In this document: piece after piece, positions 39,249 to 52,800 of the stretch | How positions within the stretch are numbered: position 1 is the stretch's first letter | Layout: each line of letters begins with the position of its first letter | NCBI RefSeq assembly: GCF_018977255.1 | Contig: NW_024704742.1 | Location: forward strand, 59,584,001-59,648,000 | DNA length: 64,000 nucleotides | Reading direction: 5' to 3' | Origin: Callorhinchus milii | Lineage: Eukaryota | Notes under the pieces: model-generated | Database searches by the model: none | What the model was told of the DNA's origin: nothing | Seen by the model: the letters and a program-made list of their open reading frames with translations, nothing else | Position numbers and translations under genes: made by a program

Positions 39249-41189
39249 TTGATTTAAAGAATGTCATAATGTGAATGGACTGGCATGACATTGGAACTAG
39301 GCAACTTTGCAGTCAGTAATTGGCCAACATGTCAGACTCTCTGATACTCCTATGAATGGACAACTCTGCTGACACTTCAAGGGTTCTCTAGTGAAACTGA
39401 ATTTGAGTAGATAGCTACAATCATGGAGTTCACATGCTAAGGTATTATGGACCGAATGGTGTCCTGTGCTGAGATTCCTCTGGAATTGAACTTTACTCAC
39501 CTTAAATGTGTGCTCCCTGAAACAGTTAAGCTTGAAACAAATAAAATTGGTCATTCAGTTCATCACTGGTTGTGCGACACTATGGTTCCCAAAATGAATG
39601 GTGCATTTGGCTAAATTAAAGGATTATAATTATTTTTAGTTGCTTTTTAACAACTTGATAGCTGCATCCACAAAAGACTTTGATTTGCAGTACACAAACT
39701 CTGGTTCTAAATTTATAATGATTAATAATAATATGAATAAAAATCCTTGCATTTGAAACACCACCTTTCACTTCGGGAGGATGTCTTCAAAGCTCTTCGC
39801 AGAATGCACAGGCAGTACTAAAATGTATAATGCCTATACATTTTGTCAGAGAATTGCGGTTGATGGGCTCAGGCTACTTCAGGAGCAAACTATCCTAAGA
39901 TGTGCACAGAGATGAATCTAGAGGTGCCGCATTTATGTTACAGAACTGCACTGGAAACAATAGGTTCCACAATGACCTGACTTCTATGAAATGCACCTTG
40001 TATATTGTCAATGTTGCTAGTGTAGGGTAAATACAGCATTACTTTCAGCTGCAATAGTTGTCTCAAGACAGATGGGTTGAAAAATCACTTTCTCTTTTTC
40101 AATCCGATTCCCAGCAGACACAAATCAACAACACAATACTTCCCTTAACTCTGGCATTTACTGGCACAAACTGAGCAATCTCACTTGGAGAGGCTAGGAG
40201 GACAGATGGTGTGGGAAATGCAAATGTCATACTAGGAGGTGCTCTTCAGGTGGTCTCATTGTTACTCTGCAGGAGAGCTCCACACTTCACATGACCTGTG
40301 CTACGCCTGACCTTGGGGGTGTTTGATTCTGTCACTGGTGAAATGAACAGAAATGCTTTATTCCTCAGTGCTGCTGTCTTTCACCTTGATCAGTAAAAAA
40401 AAACTTCATGAATGTACGAATGTACAAAAGAGTGAAAGAAACAAGAATGATATTCAAACAGCGAAAAAGAAAATGTTCAGTTTGGCGATTTGTTTTGACT
40501 GCATTTGTCACATTTGTCAGATCAACTTTGCAATCTTCATTTTTTGATCAGAAAGACCAGAGCATTTCTAATGTAGTGCTAGCATATTGTTTACAGAGGA
40601 GACCATCCTCGCTCTCACTTCTGTTGAAAAAACAATATTTCCAATCCTATTTCGTGGGGTTTTGATCCCAAATCAAAAGCATGTGAGTGTGCATGGCAAG
40701 TAATTAAAATCTAAGAGATTCAGCCAACTTTCTTCTCAATCTGAAGTTTCCCCTCAACCTGATCTTTGTCCCCATCCCTCTCCTACTTGAGACTTATTTT
40801 CCTATCTTATCTCTTTCAAAAGACACGTCAATCCTCGTTTCAGAGAACATACGATTCATAGCCAGTCTTTCATATCCTATGAAAGGCCAGAATAGCCCTT
40901 TCCTCAGCGGTGCTGCTTGACTCACTATGACTGCAAAGCCGGCAAATAATAATCCTTACATTTGATAGGGAGCCTTTCACATCAGGAGGATGTCTCAAAT
41001 CGTTTCACATGATGTATTTTAAATCATGCACGTTACATACAGTCACTGCACTTTCGAATGTATCTTGTGAAGCACTGTGGGACATCCTCCTGATATGAAA
41101 GGAGCTGTAACAAATGCAAGGATTATTTTTATATTTTGTAGGCGAACACGGCAGCCAATTTACACACAGTAATGTCTCACACCACGTAA

Positions 41190-42225
41190 GTGCTGCACCA
41201 ATTGTATCTGGGGGGCAAACCCGGATGGTCGAGTGCAAATGACACAAAATTAGCCTCATGGTTCACAACCAACTGTGGCTCGAGCATCTTCACATCTACA
41301 GCCGCTCACTCTCTCAAGCCAAAATTGCCTTCTATTCACTGGTCATTCTCAAGGCCACAAATAACCCCCAAACCTTGTTCTCCACTACCCAACACCTCCT
41401 CTACGAGCACCCTTGATCCTAACTTCAGATACCAAGTGCCAAGAGGTCTTGGACTTCTTTATCTCTAGGATAGATAACATCCATCTGGCTGCCTCCTCCT
41501 CCTTCCCCCATGCCGCCCTCTCCTTCTCCTGCCCCCCATGTCACCTCCCTCCACCCTCTTCCCATGCTTCCTTCACCACCCTCTCCTCCTACATTCGCTC
41601 CTACCACAGCCTCCACCCTACACTCCTTTGCCCCCCTCTCTCCCTTCTCTCTTTCTCTCACCATCAACTAGATCAATTCCCCTTCCTCTGCCTACTGCTG
41701 GCTGACACAATCAACCAGTCCCTCTCCACATGCTCTGTCCCACTACCCCTCAAAACCACTGTCATCAATCCTCTCCTTAAAAAAACCTACCCTCAATCCC
41801 TTCCCACTAACCTCACAAACTTCAGACCTATCTCGAACCTGCCCTTTCTGGCCAAAGTTTTGGAATACATTATTGCAAAACAACTTCGCTTTCACCTCAC
41901 CCTCCACTCCGTACTCAAATCCCTCCAGTCCAGCTTTCTCACTGCCCACACCACAGCTTGTCAAAGTAATAAATGACGCCCTCTCTCTGTGACCAAGGCT
42001 CCCTCTGCCTCCTCATTCTCCTGGACCTCTCTGCCACATTCTACACAGTGGATCATGCCATCCTCACCCACCACCTCTCCTCCCTCGTCCACCTGAGTGA
42101 GACCGCAATCACTTTGTTCAAGTCCTACTTAACAAACCGCCAACAATACATATCGGCAAAGTTTTTTCCTCCCACCCCTGCCCGTTCATCTCTAAGGTAC
42201 CCCAAGGTTCTATCCGTGGCCCCTC
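41190..42225 (+). mobile_element. L2 ORF2 internal fragment (linker to RT)
   Basis: LKTTVINPLLKK...NFRPISNLPFLAKVLE; LILLDLSATFYTVDH; ends abruptly near the PQGS motif. Confidence 0.92.
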
Positions 42226-42365
42226 TTGTTTTCATTTTACATCTGCTACTAGCTATTTTAAATGTATGCTCTCTAGGTTTGGAATCATCAACATATGGAA
42301 ACAATCTATCAGCATTCCCTTCATCCAATCCTTTGATAATCTTAAACATCTCTATCAGGTCTTGC
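42225..42365 (-). mobile_element. CR1 ORF2 C-terminal fragment
   Basis: DLIEMFKIIKGLDEGNADRLFP...SKPREHTFKI. Confidence 0.85.
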
Positions 42366-43199
42366 ATGCTAAACCTGGGTGAAATATCAGGACAAAGATC
42401 TTCTTGGAGGCTTAGCTTGGTGTAAATTGTCATTCTGAAGGATTTGAGTGAATGGAGTGGTAGAATCCATCTCCTGTGAAATTTGGATGGTATAAATTCT
42501 GATCAGCATAACATGGCTTTAACTTTAAATTAGATTTCCCATAGAGTAACTCAAAGAGATTGATTGGAAATTGACCCAATTGTCGATAGATCTGCACTAT
42601 TTCATAAGAAATTCAATGTGGTAATTGTAATGTGATGATGATAATTGATGTTGAAAATGTTACTCTCTTGGAGGGATTGCATTTTGTTGTCAAAATAGTA
42701 GAATAGACTTCTTCTGCCTCCTTATGTTTTATATATTATGTTCTAAATCCGATCAGAATATGAGAGAATTGAAAATCTTGATAAGGTCACATTGTCAGCA
42801 TTGTTGCACTCCTTGTTGCAGCCTGGCTTAGGTCCGGTGAAACTCATCACAATTAATGCTGGCAGATTTGGGTTTCAGACAGCCTCGGGTCTTACCCTTT
42901 TGACTCGGGGACTTTGAAATGTTCAAATGGCTGCAATGCTATCAACCTTTACCTATTACCTATTTGAGTTGAAGCGTTCTTTATTTGAGGTAGTCCCTGA
43001 GTCAATTCAATTACATGTTATAAATACACACAGAAGATAATACCAGCCAGTAGTCAACTGAAACCTTACTGGGAAAAGTTAAAGCTCATCAAGGTTACAG
43101 GATAGGGCCACACAACTTTTCCATATTTGTAGGTATCTATTTGTAATTGAGACTAATATAAAACAGTGCATCTTAGCTGCAAAAACAACAAAATGACCT

Positions 43200-43500
43200 A
43201 TAATAATAATAATCTACCGTGTGAAGGGTGCTATGTACCTTTCACATTCTAGAGTGCCTCAAAGTGCTGAACAATGTCTTAGCTTGCTGCCAAGTTGGGG
43301 AGAAAACCACAGACATGGTCAAAGAGGAAGGTCTTCAGATGTGATCTGAAAATAGGTAAAAAAGGCCAAGGTAAAGAAATAGAGGCAGAGAATTCCAGTG
43401 GATTGGGGTGTAGTGGTTGAAGGCATAGCTGCCATTGGTGGAGCGAAGGAGCCGAAGGATGAGTAGATGGCACAAGCCAGCCGAACAAAAGAGGCGAACA
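43200..43500 (-). mobile_element. L2 3' end, old
   Basis: FRSHLKTFLFDHV and a tail remnant. Confidence 0.75.
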
Positions 43501-43845
43501 TAAATTAAATGTTAGATCACAGAAAAGTGCACTGTTGGGGTTGCTCTGATCTGTTAGAATTAAACATCATTATATTTGAAAATCTATACCAATGATATAC
43601 CCTGCAAAGCTCTCCTGCATGTAAACACCATTCTTCTCTTCAGTGTCACTGTGTGGGTGGAACAGTGTTACATAGGGGTCCAATAGCTTCATGTCAGTTA
43701 TCTTACTTTTTCCGTAGGCAATGTGCATTTTGATTTCTTCACCCATAGTTTCCTGTAGGTCCATTGTCGAACACTTTTTTCTCCGTCAGAAAAAAAGGTT
43801 GAAGAATGGTTTGTCCAATACTCACTGAAATGCTTTTCAATGTGA

Positions 43846-44068
43846 ATAATAATAATAATAATAATAATCCTTGCATTTGATATAGCGCTTTTCACGTCGG
43901 GAGGACGTCCCAAAGCGCTTCACAGAATATACTGTAAAGTGAATTGACTGTATATTTGTGGGCGAACGCGGCAGCCAATTGCGCACAGCAATGTCCCACA
44001 AACAGTCGTAGATTGAAAATGACCAATTTATTATTGTTTTGGGTTTTTTGGAGGGATTATTATTAGGC
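43846..44068 (-). mobile_element. tRNA-Ala SINE, short form, head missing
   Basis: Nearly identical to the 3' two-thirds of the 24241 and 55128 copies. Confidence 0.95.
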
Positions 44069-44074
44069 ATGATT

Positions 44075-44255
44075 CTTCGTCAGAACGAAGGGTTGTGGAC
44101 GCTCTGACATTCTGATGTTCTGACAAAGGGTCGTGGACCCGAAACGTTGACTCACTTTCCTTTCTCCATAGATGCTGCCTGACCTGCTGAGTGTTCTCAG
44201 CTCTCTCTGTTTTTGTTTCTGATTTCCAGCATCTACAGTATTTTGTGTTTTGTAT
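44075..44255 (+). mobile_element. Penelope-like element terminal fragment with a minimal hammerhead-like motif
   Basis: CTGACAA-A-GGGTC-GTG-GACCC-GAAA-CGTT at 44120-44148, preceded by short inverted and direct partial copies and followed by a pyrimidine-rich segment. Confidence 0.7.
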
Positions 44256-44534
44256 AGAGAAATCAGAAACCTCTATCTTTAGCTCTGCTATTTTTGTCCA
44301 GTGATGACTGTACTTGTTACCAAAACCAGGTGGAATTCTGCAAAAAGATTTCTCAAGCTATGTACTTCGGCAGGTGGAAATTTAGTGGGCGGATGTTTCC
44401 CATTGTCGGAGTCTGCCAATATCTTAAAATTTAAGATAATGCAGCAATTTGGAAAGATCTTGAATTTACTTTAAAATTGGAACTCAGTTTACTTGGGAAC
44501 TACTTCCAAATTAAGATTGACTAATTCTTCATCA

Positions 44535-45017
44535 TAATAACATAATAATAATCCTTGCATTTGATATAGTGCCTTTCAAGTCAGGAAAACGACTCAAAGG
44601 GCTTCACGGAATAGACTGTGAAGTGCAGTCACAATATAACAAACATTCATACAGTGAGAATGACTAAGCTTAAAGCGCTTTGTGACTGTGTATTTTGTAG
44701 GCAAACATGGCAGCCAATTTACACTGACCAATGTCCAGCAAAAAAGGGAAATGAACAATCATTTTTTTCTGGGAAACTATTAGGTCAAAAACGTTGTTCT
44801 CTTTTTTGAATAGTGATCTTTGATGTTTATCTGAACAAACAAGACATCAGTTTAGTGTCTTATCTGCAGGATGACACCAATGAAAATGCAGCACTTGCCA
44901 GCACTGAACTGGAGCGTCAGTTTAAACTATGAAGTTGAAATACTGAAGTGGGGAACTGAACCCCGCAGCCGTCTGACTAAGAGGCAAAAATGCAACCAAC
45001 TAAGCCAAGCTGACACC
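44535..45017 (-). mobile_element. Deu-domain SINE
   Basis: Reverse-complement head ending AAGCTGACAC; core; (ATT)n tail. Confidence 0.82.
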
Positions 45018-45947
45018 ATGTTATAATATATTACAAATATTGGTGTGGTGTCTAATTCAGGTTTTTTACTTAATTGAATTTCTTGATAAGAGATCCACTT
45101 TGCAAGTATGGGTGCTGGTTCTGGGAACCAGAACTATGTCACACAGACTTGTGGGCAACTCCACCGAGACATGATCTATTTATGGGTGATGGGTCAATAG
45201 GAATTCTACCAAAATTCCTCATCAAGAGTATTTTTAATTATAATTCACTATGGTGACAGGAAAGTACTTTTAATATGCCTTAAATCTTTTTTGTTTCATG
45301 ACATGAATTTTGTCATGTTTTAAATGATTTAACTATTTTATCATGCAATGAAGCTTGACAGTTACCAGTGGCAGTCTGAGTGGCAATACGTCACCCAAGA
45401 GGCCCCACGGTGAATGTTAGCTGGTTACTGGACTGGGAGTTTCATTACAGTAGAGTCAAGTACAAATCTCAACTGGCATCCAGGTATGTAAATGTCCAGC
45501 TAAAGCAGCATGTAGAAGAGATCGAGTTTGGCCTGTATTCGAATGTACTACATGGTATTACTAGAACAGTAGAACTGTAAGTTTACTGTCAAACATGCTG
45601 TCATGAAGAATGAATGCAAGCCAAGCATTTTGAAGAGGATGTGTGGCACAACAAAGTGAAGAGCACAGTCACAGTTCCAGACACAACAATAAGAACAAAA
45701 GGAGAAGCAAACATTAAAAAGATGCTGTGTCCGTGAAGTGACAGGAAGCATATTGGGAGGGGGAGGTGGGTGGAATGTGATTTGTACACATTTTCTCTCA
45801 AGGTCAGCAAAGTATATAGAATGATGAACCATAGAAACTTGTAGCACAGAGCTAGCACTTTTAAATCTTTTCACTCCTGTTTACCTCTTTTCCTGATACC
45901 TCTGTAGTTTATCTCATGCATTATAAAAGATGAAGAATCATAGTACA

Positions 45948-47362
45948 AGAACAACAAGATTACATTTGTATGGCACCGTTCATGTCGGAAGTGTGTCCCA
46001 AGGTGCTGGACACTGCACAGCATTTCAAACCCGAGCTGGGATCAGGGGGGGAGAAGGGAGCGGAGGGGAAGGGGGGTGGCTGATGACATGGTGCAAGAGG
46101 AAGGTCTTGAGGTAGGACTTGAAGGAGGTTAAGGAGGGGGTGAGGTGGAGTGACTAAGGGATGGAATTCCAGAGTTTGGGGGCAGAGTGGCTGAAGGATC
46201 TCCCGCCAATGGTGGGGCGGGTGGGTCGGGGGACGTGGAGCAGGCCAGAGCCGGCTGAGCGGAGGGAGGGAGCGGGCGGGTTGGTAGGGGGTTAGGAGGT
46301 CGCAGAGGTAGGTTGGGCGAGGCCATGGAGGGCTTTGTAGGTGAGGACCAGGATCTTGAACTGGATCCTCTAAAGGATAGGGAGCCAATGGAGTCAGGCG
46401 AGACTGGGAAGATGGGATCACGGAGTTTGGTGTGGGAGAGGACACGGGCTGCAGAGTTCTGGATTATCTGCAGCCTGTGGAGGGAGGAGTTGGGAAGGCC
46501 GACAAGCAGGGCGTTTGCATAGTCGAGCCTGGAGGTGAAAAAGCATGAACAAGAGTTTCAGTGGCCTGAGGGGTGAGGTAGTGGCGGAGTTGGGCGATGT
46601 TACGGAGGTGAGGGAAGGCAGAGCGGGTCATGGCTTGGATGTGGGGAAGAAAAGACAGTTGAGGGTCGAACAAGACACCTCGGTTCCTGACTGGCTGGTG
46701 AGTTGAAGTGTGCAACCATGGAAGTTGATGTTGCCAGAGCCTGAGGTGCTGAGGCGCTGGCGTGAGCCAATCAGGAGGGCCTCAGTCTTGTTCACACTCA
46801 ACTGTAGGAAGTTTGCCCTCATCTAGGATTTGCTGTCTGACAGGCAGTCTGTCAGGACAGCAGTGGTCCTGGAGTTGAGGGTGGAGGCAGAAAGATAGAG
46901 TTGGGTGTCATCCGCATACATATGGAAGTTGACCCCATGTCTGCGGATGATGGTACCAAGGTGGAGCATATAGATATTAAAGAGGAGAGGGCCAAGGACA
47001 GAGCCCTGGGGGATGCCAGATGTGACAGTGTGGGGGCTGGAGGAGAAACCGTTAGAGGCAACAAAGTGGAGACAGTGAGAGAGATAGGAATCTAACCAGA
47101 CAAGGGCAAGTCCGTAAAGATTAAGTAAAGAGGAGAGGCGGTGCATGAGGATGGAGTGATCAACAGTGTCGAAGGCGGCAGAGAGGTCGAGGAGGACAAG
47201 GAGGCAGAGGGAGCCCTGATCACAGATGTTCAGAATATTAGACTTTGACCCAGGCTGTTTCCGTGCTGTGGGGAGCGCGGAAGCCAGATTGGAGGGATTC
47301 AAAGAGGGAATGGCGAGAAAGAAAGGAGCGGATCTCAGACGCGATGACTCGTTCCAGGACCT
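45948..47362 (-). mobile_element. L2 LINE, 5'-truncated (RT to tail)
   Basis: [42 protein letters not shown]; frameshifts downstream; (GTT)n tail. Confidence 0.97.
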
Positions 47363-47423
47363 AACAAGTATTAAGAGCCAAGGCAAGATTCAGAATAAAG
47401 CGTCCCACTATGGCTCAAAATAG

Positions 47424-47575
47424 AGTGTCAGCCTGGATCAATTGGTAGCACTTTCAACTCTGAGTCAGAAGATTGTGTGTTCTTTTAGCTCACAGTCTAG
47501 ATTAACACTGCAGTGCAGTGCTGAGGGGAGCACTGCATTACCGGAGGCACCATCTTTTGATGAAGTGTGAAACCA
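47424..47575 (+). mobile_element. Deu-domain SINE 5' part
   Basis: GTGTCAGCCTGGATCAATTGGTAGCAC...CTGAGTCAGAAG head and start of the core. Confidence 0.8.
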
Positions 47576-49879
47576 TGTTTTGAGACATGGTTTGAAAGAG
47601 GGTAGAGAGGAAGTGAAGTGGAGGGATGGAGTTTCAGTGAAAATGAAAGGGGGTTAGAATGGCTGAAACCTTGTGGGGCAGTTAGGACCAGAGACCTAAA
47701 GCAGGCTGAGCAAAGCAAGCAGTGGAGTCGGTATGTGTTGAAGGAAGTCGCGGAGGTAGGGTGAGGTGAGAGCAGGGATTTAAAGGTGAGCATAAGCGTA
47801 TTAAATAATGAAACAATCAATAATAAATGAATAACCTGGTGTAAATTCAGAAACATTCTCTCTCAGTGACATAGTGACTCTTAAAACTTTTAGTACTTTC
47901 TACTGCTTCTCTGCAGAAATATGATGATCAAAGCTCTCAAGAATCATCTGCAGCTGTTATGGATCTGCTGATAATTTTCCAGTTGTCCACCTGCTCAACA
48001 ATCATTATCTGTTCTATTTTTGTGTCTCTACATAAATATCTTGAACAGCCGCACTGAATATACAATATTGCTGATAGCAACTTTCTACTCCCCTCCCTTT
48101 CCACCCCTGTGTGTTTGTCATCTCCCAGTTCCGACAGTAATCTTCAGACACAAATCTCCACCGAGCTGGTATTCTAACAGTGCAACACATATACAGTGAC
48201 ATGTGACAGAAAGCTTGGCTGAACTTTTGAGAAGCATGCATTGCTTGCAGAAAAGTAGAGTGAAAATTGCATCCTGTGATGTGTTAATTAGCCCAAGTGA
48301 ACTATTAATAATAATCATTATATTTCTTCCAATTAATATAGCAATATCACGTCATTGAGCGATCTCAAAGCACATCACAGAATATACTGTAAAGTGAATT
48401 GATTGTATATTTTGTAGGCAAAACTAATTAACATTATTGAAACATGTAGCCAGTTGATATGATAATGTATCATCAAGTCCATGTATTACTTAATCTCCTG
48501 TGGTTTTACCTAAAGCCAGCTCGTAGAGTGGGACACTGAATTCTCACACCATGTTTTGCTGTGTTAACTTGTATCATTGGCGTGTTGGCCACCTCCATTT
48601 CATACAGGAAGTGACATTGGCAGCAGGAGTGATGTCAGTCCTTTCATTTTTTACATTATGTTCATCATATTGCCTGTGTCAGCAAATTAAAACTCTACTT
48701 CAAACCACCAATTACTGTCAATTACTGCGTTTTTTTAAAAAAGCCTGCAGTTACACCTAGTCTTAGTGTGCCAGACAAATTGTTTTAAGTGTTATTATCA
48801 TGTAAATTTTGGAATTTGTTTTTAGCTTCGTTAAATTTGCAAGCTCAGCTCTTAAAAGTAGCGGGCTTCCAAATTCAGAATGAATTGAAGAATTGTTTTG
48901 GGATCCTAATTTGGTACAAAAGTTATTCCGCCTTTCAAAAGAGAAAAGTTCTCAGTCCAGCTGGTGGTGAAATTTGCAAGAGGTTTTGACAAAGAAATTT
49001 TAACATAACTCGCAGTTTACATCAACAAGCGAATCAGTCTTGAGCAGGACATGAGCAATGAGATTGTAACAGTGTTAATTGATACATCATTGATTGAAAT
49101 TTTCACTTAAATCCTTCAGATAAATTGATCACCTCATGGCTAAATGTGGGACCTTACTGTGCAAAAGATGGCCACCACATTTGCTTACAAGAATAGTACA
49201 CTTAACAATAATTATGCTAATGTATTCTGAGACTTTTCAATATAAGGTGCTCCAAAAATGCAACTTCTTTCTTTCTTCAATTTTTTTTTGCAGCTGATTT
49301 ACATTACTGCAGGCTAGACACTGGAATCCAGCTGTGTCTATTATTACAGAAATTATTTTTAAGTTATTGTAAATGGTAGTGCTGAAATAAGACAAAGCAC
49401 TCTGAGATACTGCCCTATGTGCAGGGCGCTATATCAACTCAAGTTATTGGTGTAGAAGCTAGTTGATCACATATCTGCCAGAGGTACTTTATGGTTCAAA
49501 AGTTCTGCTGGCCCAGCATATTGTACCTAATCAGTGGTAGCTTTTTATTGTAACTTCATTTATCTGTTGTGAACGAGTCCTATCAGAGCGGAAAAAAATG
49601 GCTAATTTGCCTCTAACAATTATTGGTTATACCTAGGACCTCTGATTTGGGGGAGGGCGTTATTTATTTGATTTGGGTAGGTGTACTTTTAGGATTTTTT
49701 TAGCAATTTTAGAATTTTTGTAAATCGAGAGTTTTCAGGGCATTCTTTGATGAACTGAAAAGATGCACCTGTGCACTTGTAGAATAACGTGTTGAAATGC
49801 TGTCCAGTGATGGGATTGGACATCAATCAAGGCAGAAAGGGGAAAGGGGAAGTGACCATAAGCATGGATGAAGAGATAG

Positions 49880-50292
49880 GTATACGTTGTATAGCGCATT
49901 TCACTTTGGAAGGACGTCTCAAAGCACTTCACAGGATTTAAGATATGCGGGGTGACTGCATATTTTGTAGGCAAAGTGCAGTAGTCAATTTGCGCCCAGT
50001 ACTGTTTCACAAACAATCATGATGTGAATGATGAATTATATTTGAGGATTTTTGGCCAGAACATGGGGAGTAACTCCCTTCTCTTTTTGAAGAGTGCTGT
50101 GGAATCGTTAAGATCTATCTGAACAGGCCAATGTGACCTTAGTTCATCATTGCATCCAAAGGCTGGATCTCTGACAATACAACACTTCCATAGCACTGCA
50201 ATGCAGGGTCAGTCTAGACTGTGTGTTCAAAGTCCTGACTTGAACCCACAACCTTAGCAGTGAAAGTGCTACCCGCTGAGCAAGCCTGGCAC
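49880..50292 (-). mobile_element. Deu-domain SINE
   Basis: Head, core and tail in reverse complement. Confidence 0.82.
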
Positions 50293-52508
50293 AAGTATGA
50301 AGCACAGATTTGTTCGTGTGTATCAAATATTTACAAAGTCTAGCTGGACATTAATTATTTAGAAAATAATGTTCTCATTTTGAATACTTCCACACATAAC
50401 TTCAGTGGACATATCAAGAGGAAAGAACTCTTATATCATGACCTCGGTGTTTGCTTTCATATCAGTTTGGTCAGAAATTGCCTTAATCTAGTTAGGTGAA
50501 GTAAATCATTCCAGTTTTCTGCACACCCTACCAGAGAACCAAATCTGTGGAGACAGACTTGCTTAATTCAGGTATGGTATAAATACTGCTTCAGTATTTC
50601 AGTTCCAATATAGAGTTATTACTTTTTTGAAAGGTTTCTGATGACTGTGCTTAGATCAGCTGAAAATTTATTGTCTCCACAGGGGTAAAAAGACTGAGCT
50701 AGCAATTGTAAGCTTCGATCTTCTCATAGAAAACACACTTTGATGAGATAGGAATTCAGCAAGTGCTTGAGTAAGAGATGCGGTGCAGTAATTGGAAGCT
50801 ATTAGCCCTCAGTCCAAAACATGCAAACAGTCTGGTTATACTATTACAGGTGTGCTTCACAAAAGATCATTCTTTGGGTTATTGCGGATGCAGCTATTTG
50901 GCTCCTCATGGCAGTCATCGGCTTGTGGGAAACTACCTTCCAAATTAAGACTGAATTTAAATATTATTTAAACTTTTATACAATCTTAAATTTGCACCTT
51001 TGGTCGCCTCCCTTCCTTCCTAATCCCTTCCCATCTCTCTATTCCCTATTTAGACTATCACTCAGTCCTGGTAAAACGCGTTGTGGTGTAAGGTGCTATG
51101 TAAATGCAAGTTGTTGTTAAGGCTAAGATCATAGGAAAATTTATACCTTTGGCTTCTGCTTCACTGGTGTCATACGATTTTGAAAAGCATAAAGTAGGCA
51201 GTAGATTCAAGAACATTTCATTAGTTAGGATATGGGAATAGGTCTCAGTTGATGCAACTTTGCATGCAATTATAAAACAGACAAAGCAAAGAATTTATAG
51301 TAAAGGGAAAGAAAAGAACATTTGCTTATTGCTCTAACTTTTACAACTGTCGACCCTATTTTAATTTTATTTCAATGGAGATACTGGAACACAGCAATTC
51401 AAAAAAACTAAAGCCCTGAGCACTTTTAAAGGACAACGACAAAAATAAGGAAAAACAAAGAATATTGAGGGCTGAACTGTAAAAAAAATAATAATCCTTG
51501 CATTGAGATAGCACCTTATCATGTTGTTGAGACGTCTCAAAGTGCTTCACAGAATATACTGTAAAGTGGATTGACTGTGTATTTTGTAGGCGAAAAGATT
51601 AACATTTTTACCATTTTCTTCAAGGTTTCTTTTTCTTCAAATGATAAAAACAATCCTTGCATTTAATATAAGGTCTTATCATGCCATTGAGATATATCAA
51701 AGCATTTCACAGGATTTGTTGTATAGTGCAGTAATTGTGTATTAATAAGTCAACACATAATACCCATTGGTAAAGAATCTCCAATATATAAAGAAAATGA
51801 CTTTGAAATAGTTATTTGCTGAGGGGTTAGATGTTATTGATTTATTCATATTATTCTACACTACAGTGTTCACCAACCTCTCCTTTAGTTCCAACATTAC
51901 CTTTCTAAAGAGCCATTAACTCCGCAAAGCAGTTTTCTTCTCACTTGCAATTCAGACAAATGTTGTTTGATACACAATTCCATTAATCTAGATGGGTTAT
52001 TGATAGGTTCAGGCATTAATTTCTTGTTAAAGAGCCTGTTACAATCACGGAAGGACTATTGCACAATATCTATTACAAGCATGTATCCCCTCCAAGAGAG
52101 TTGTTTTGTTTCCTAACACAGAAAGTCTTGTTAAAAATAGAGGTACTCAGCAAAGGCCCACAATTCATTAAGATCCAGTCTAACTCAAAGACACTCTCGA
52201 GAACAGTGTTATCTGTTGCTTCTTTTTAAATGTTTTGCTCTCATATAACCCCTTGTTCCTACCTCATAAAATATTTGCAGTAATACTGGCCATTGTTCTC
52301 ATCCATTGACTACCTTATGTCACCATCAGCAGGAACAGGATAACTGTGCTTCTCCATATTGTTTGAGGGACATTGTTGGCCCTGATTAAATGGTGTTTTT
52401 GCCTGTAGAACAACAGTTGCTTCATTGCTGATCGATTATCTTTTGTTAAGCATTTTGAGCTGTCTATTTTTACATGAAAGATGCTAAGTACAGATAAAGC
52501 TGCATTGG

Positions 52509-52800
52509 AATAATAATAATCCTTGCATTTGAAATAGCGCTTTATCACATCTTCTAGATGTCTCAAAGCACTTCACAGAATATACTGTACAGTGAATTGA
52601 CCGTATGTTTTGTGAGTGAAATGCGCACAGCAGTGTCTCAAGTCGTGGATTAAGTGACCAAATTATTATTATTTTTTTGGGGGTTGGTAATACCCCTGGA
52701 AAAGCAATTCACCAATCGACTAACAACCAGGTTCCTAATTACTGCTATTTAAACAGAGGAGTATGGAGTAAGGAAACATTTACAAAGTTTCGCCTTGCCC
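52509..52800 (-). mobile_element. tRNA-Ala SINE, long form, head truncated
   Basis: Contains the extra segment (52694-52760) and an old-type tail loop. Confidence 0.88.

Noticed and set aside
43698..44070. ORFs with poly-Ile or poly-Tyr runs (also at 5762, 12216, 14098)
   Set aside because: Translations of SINE (ATT)n tails.
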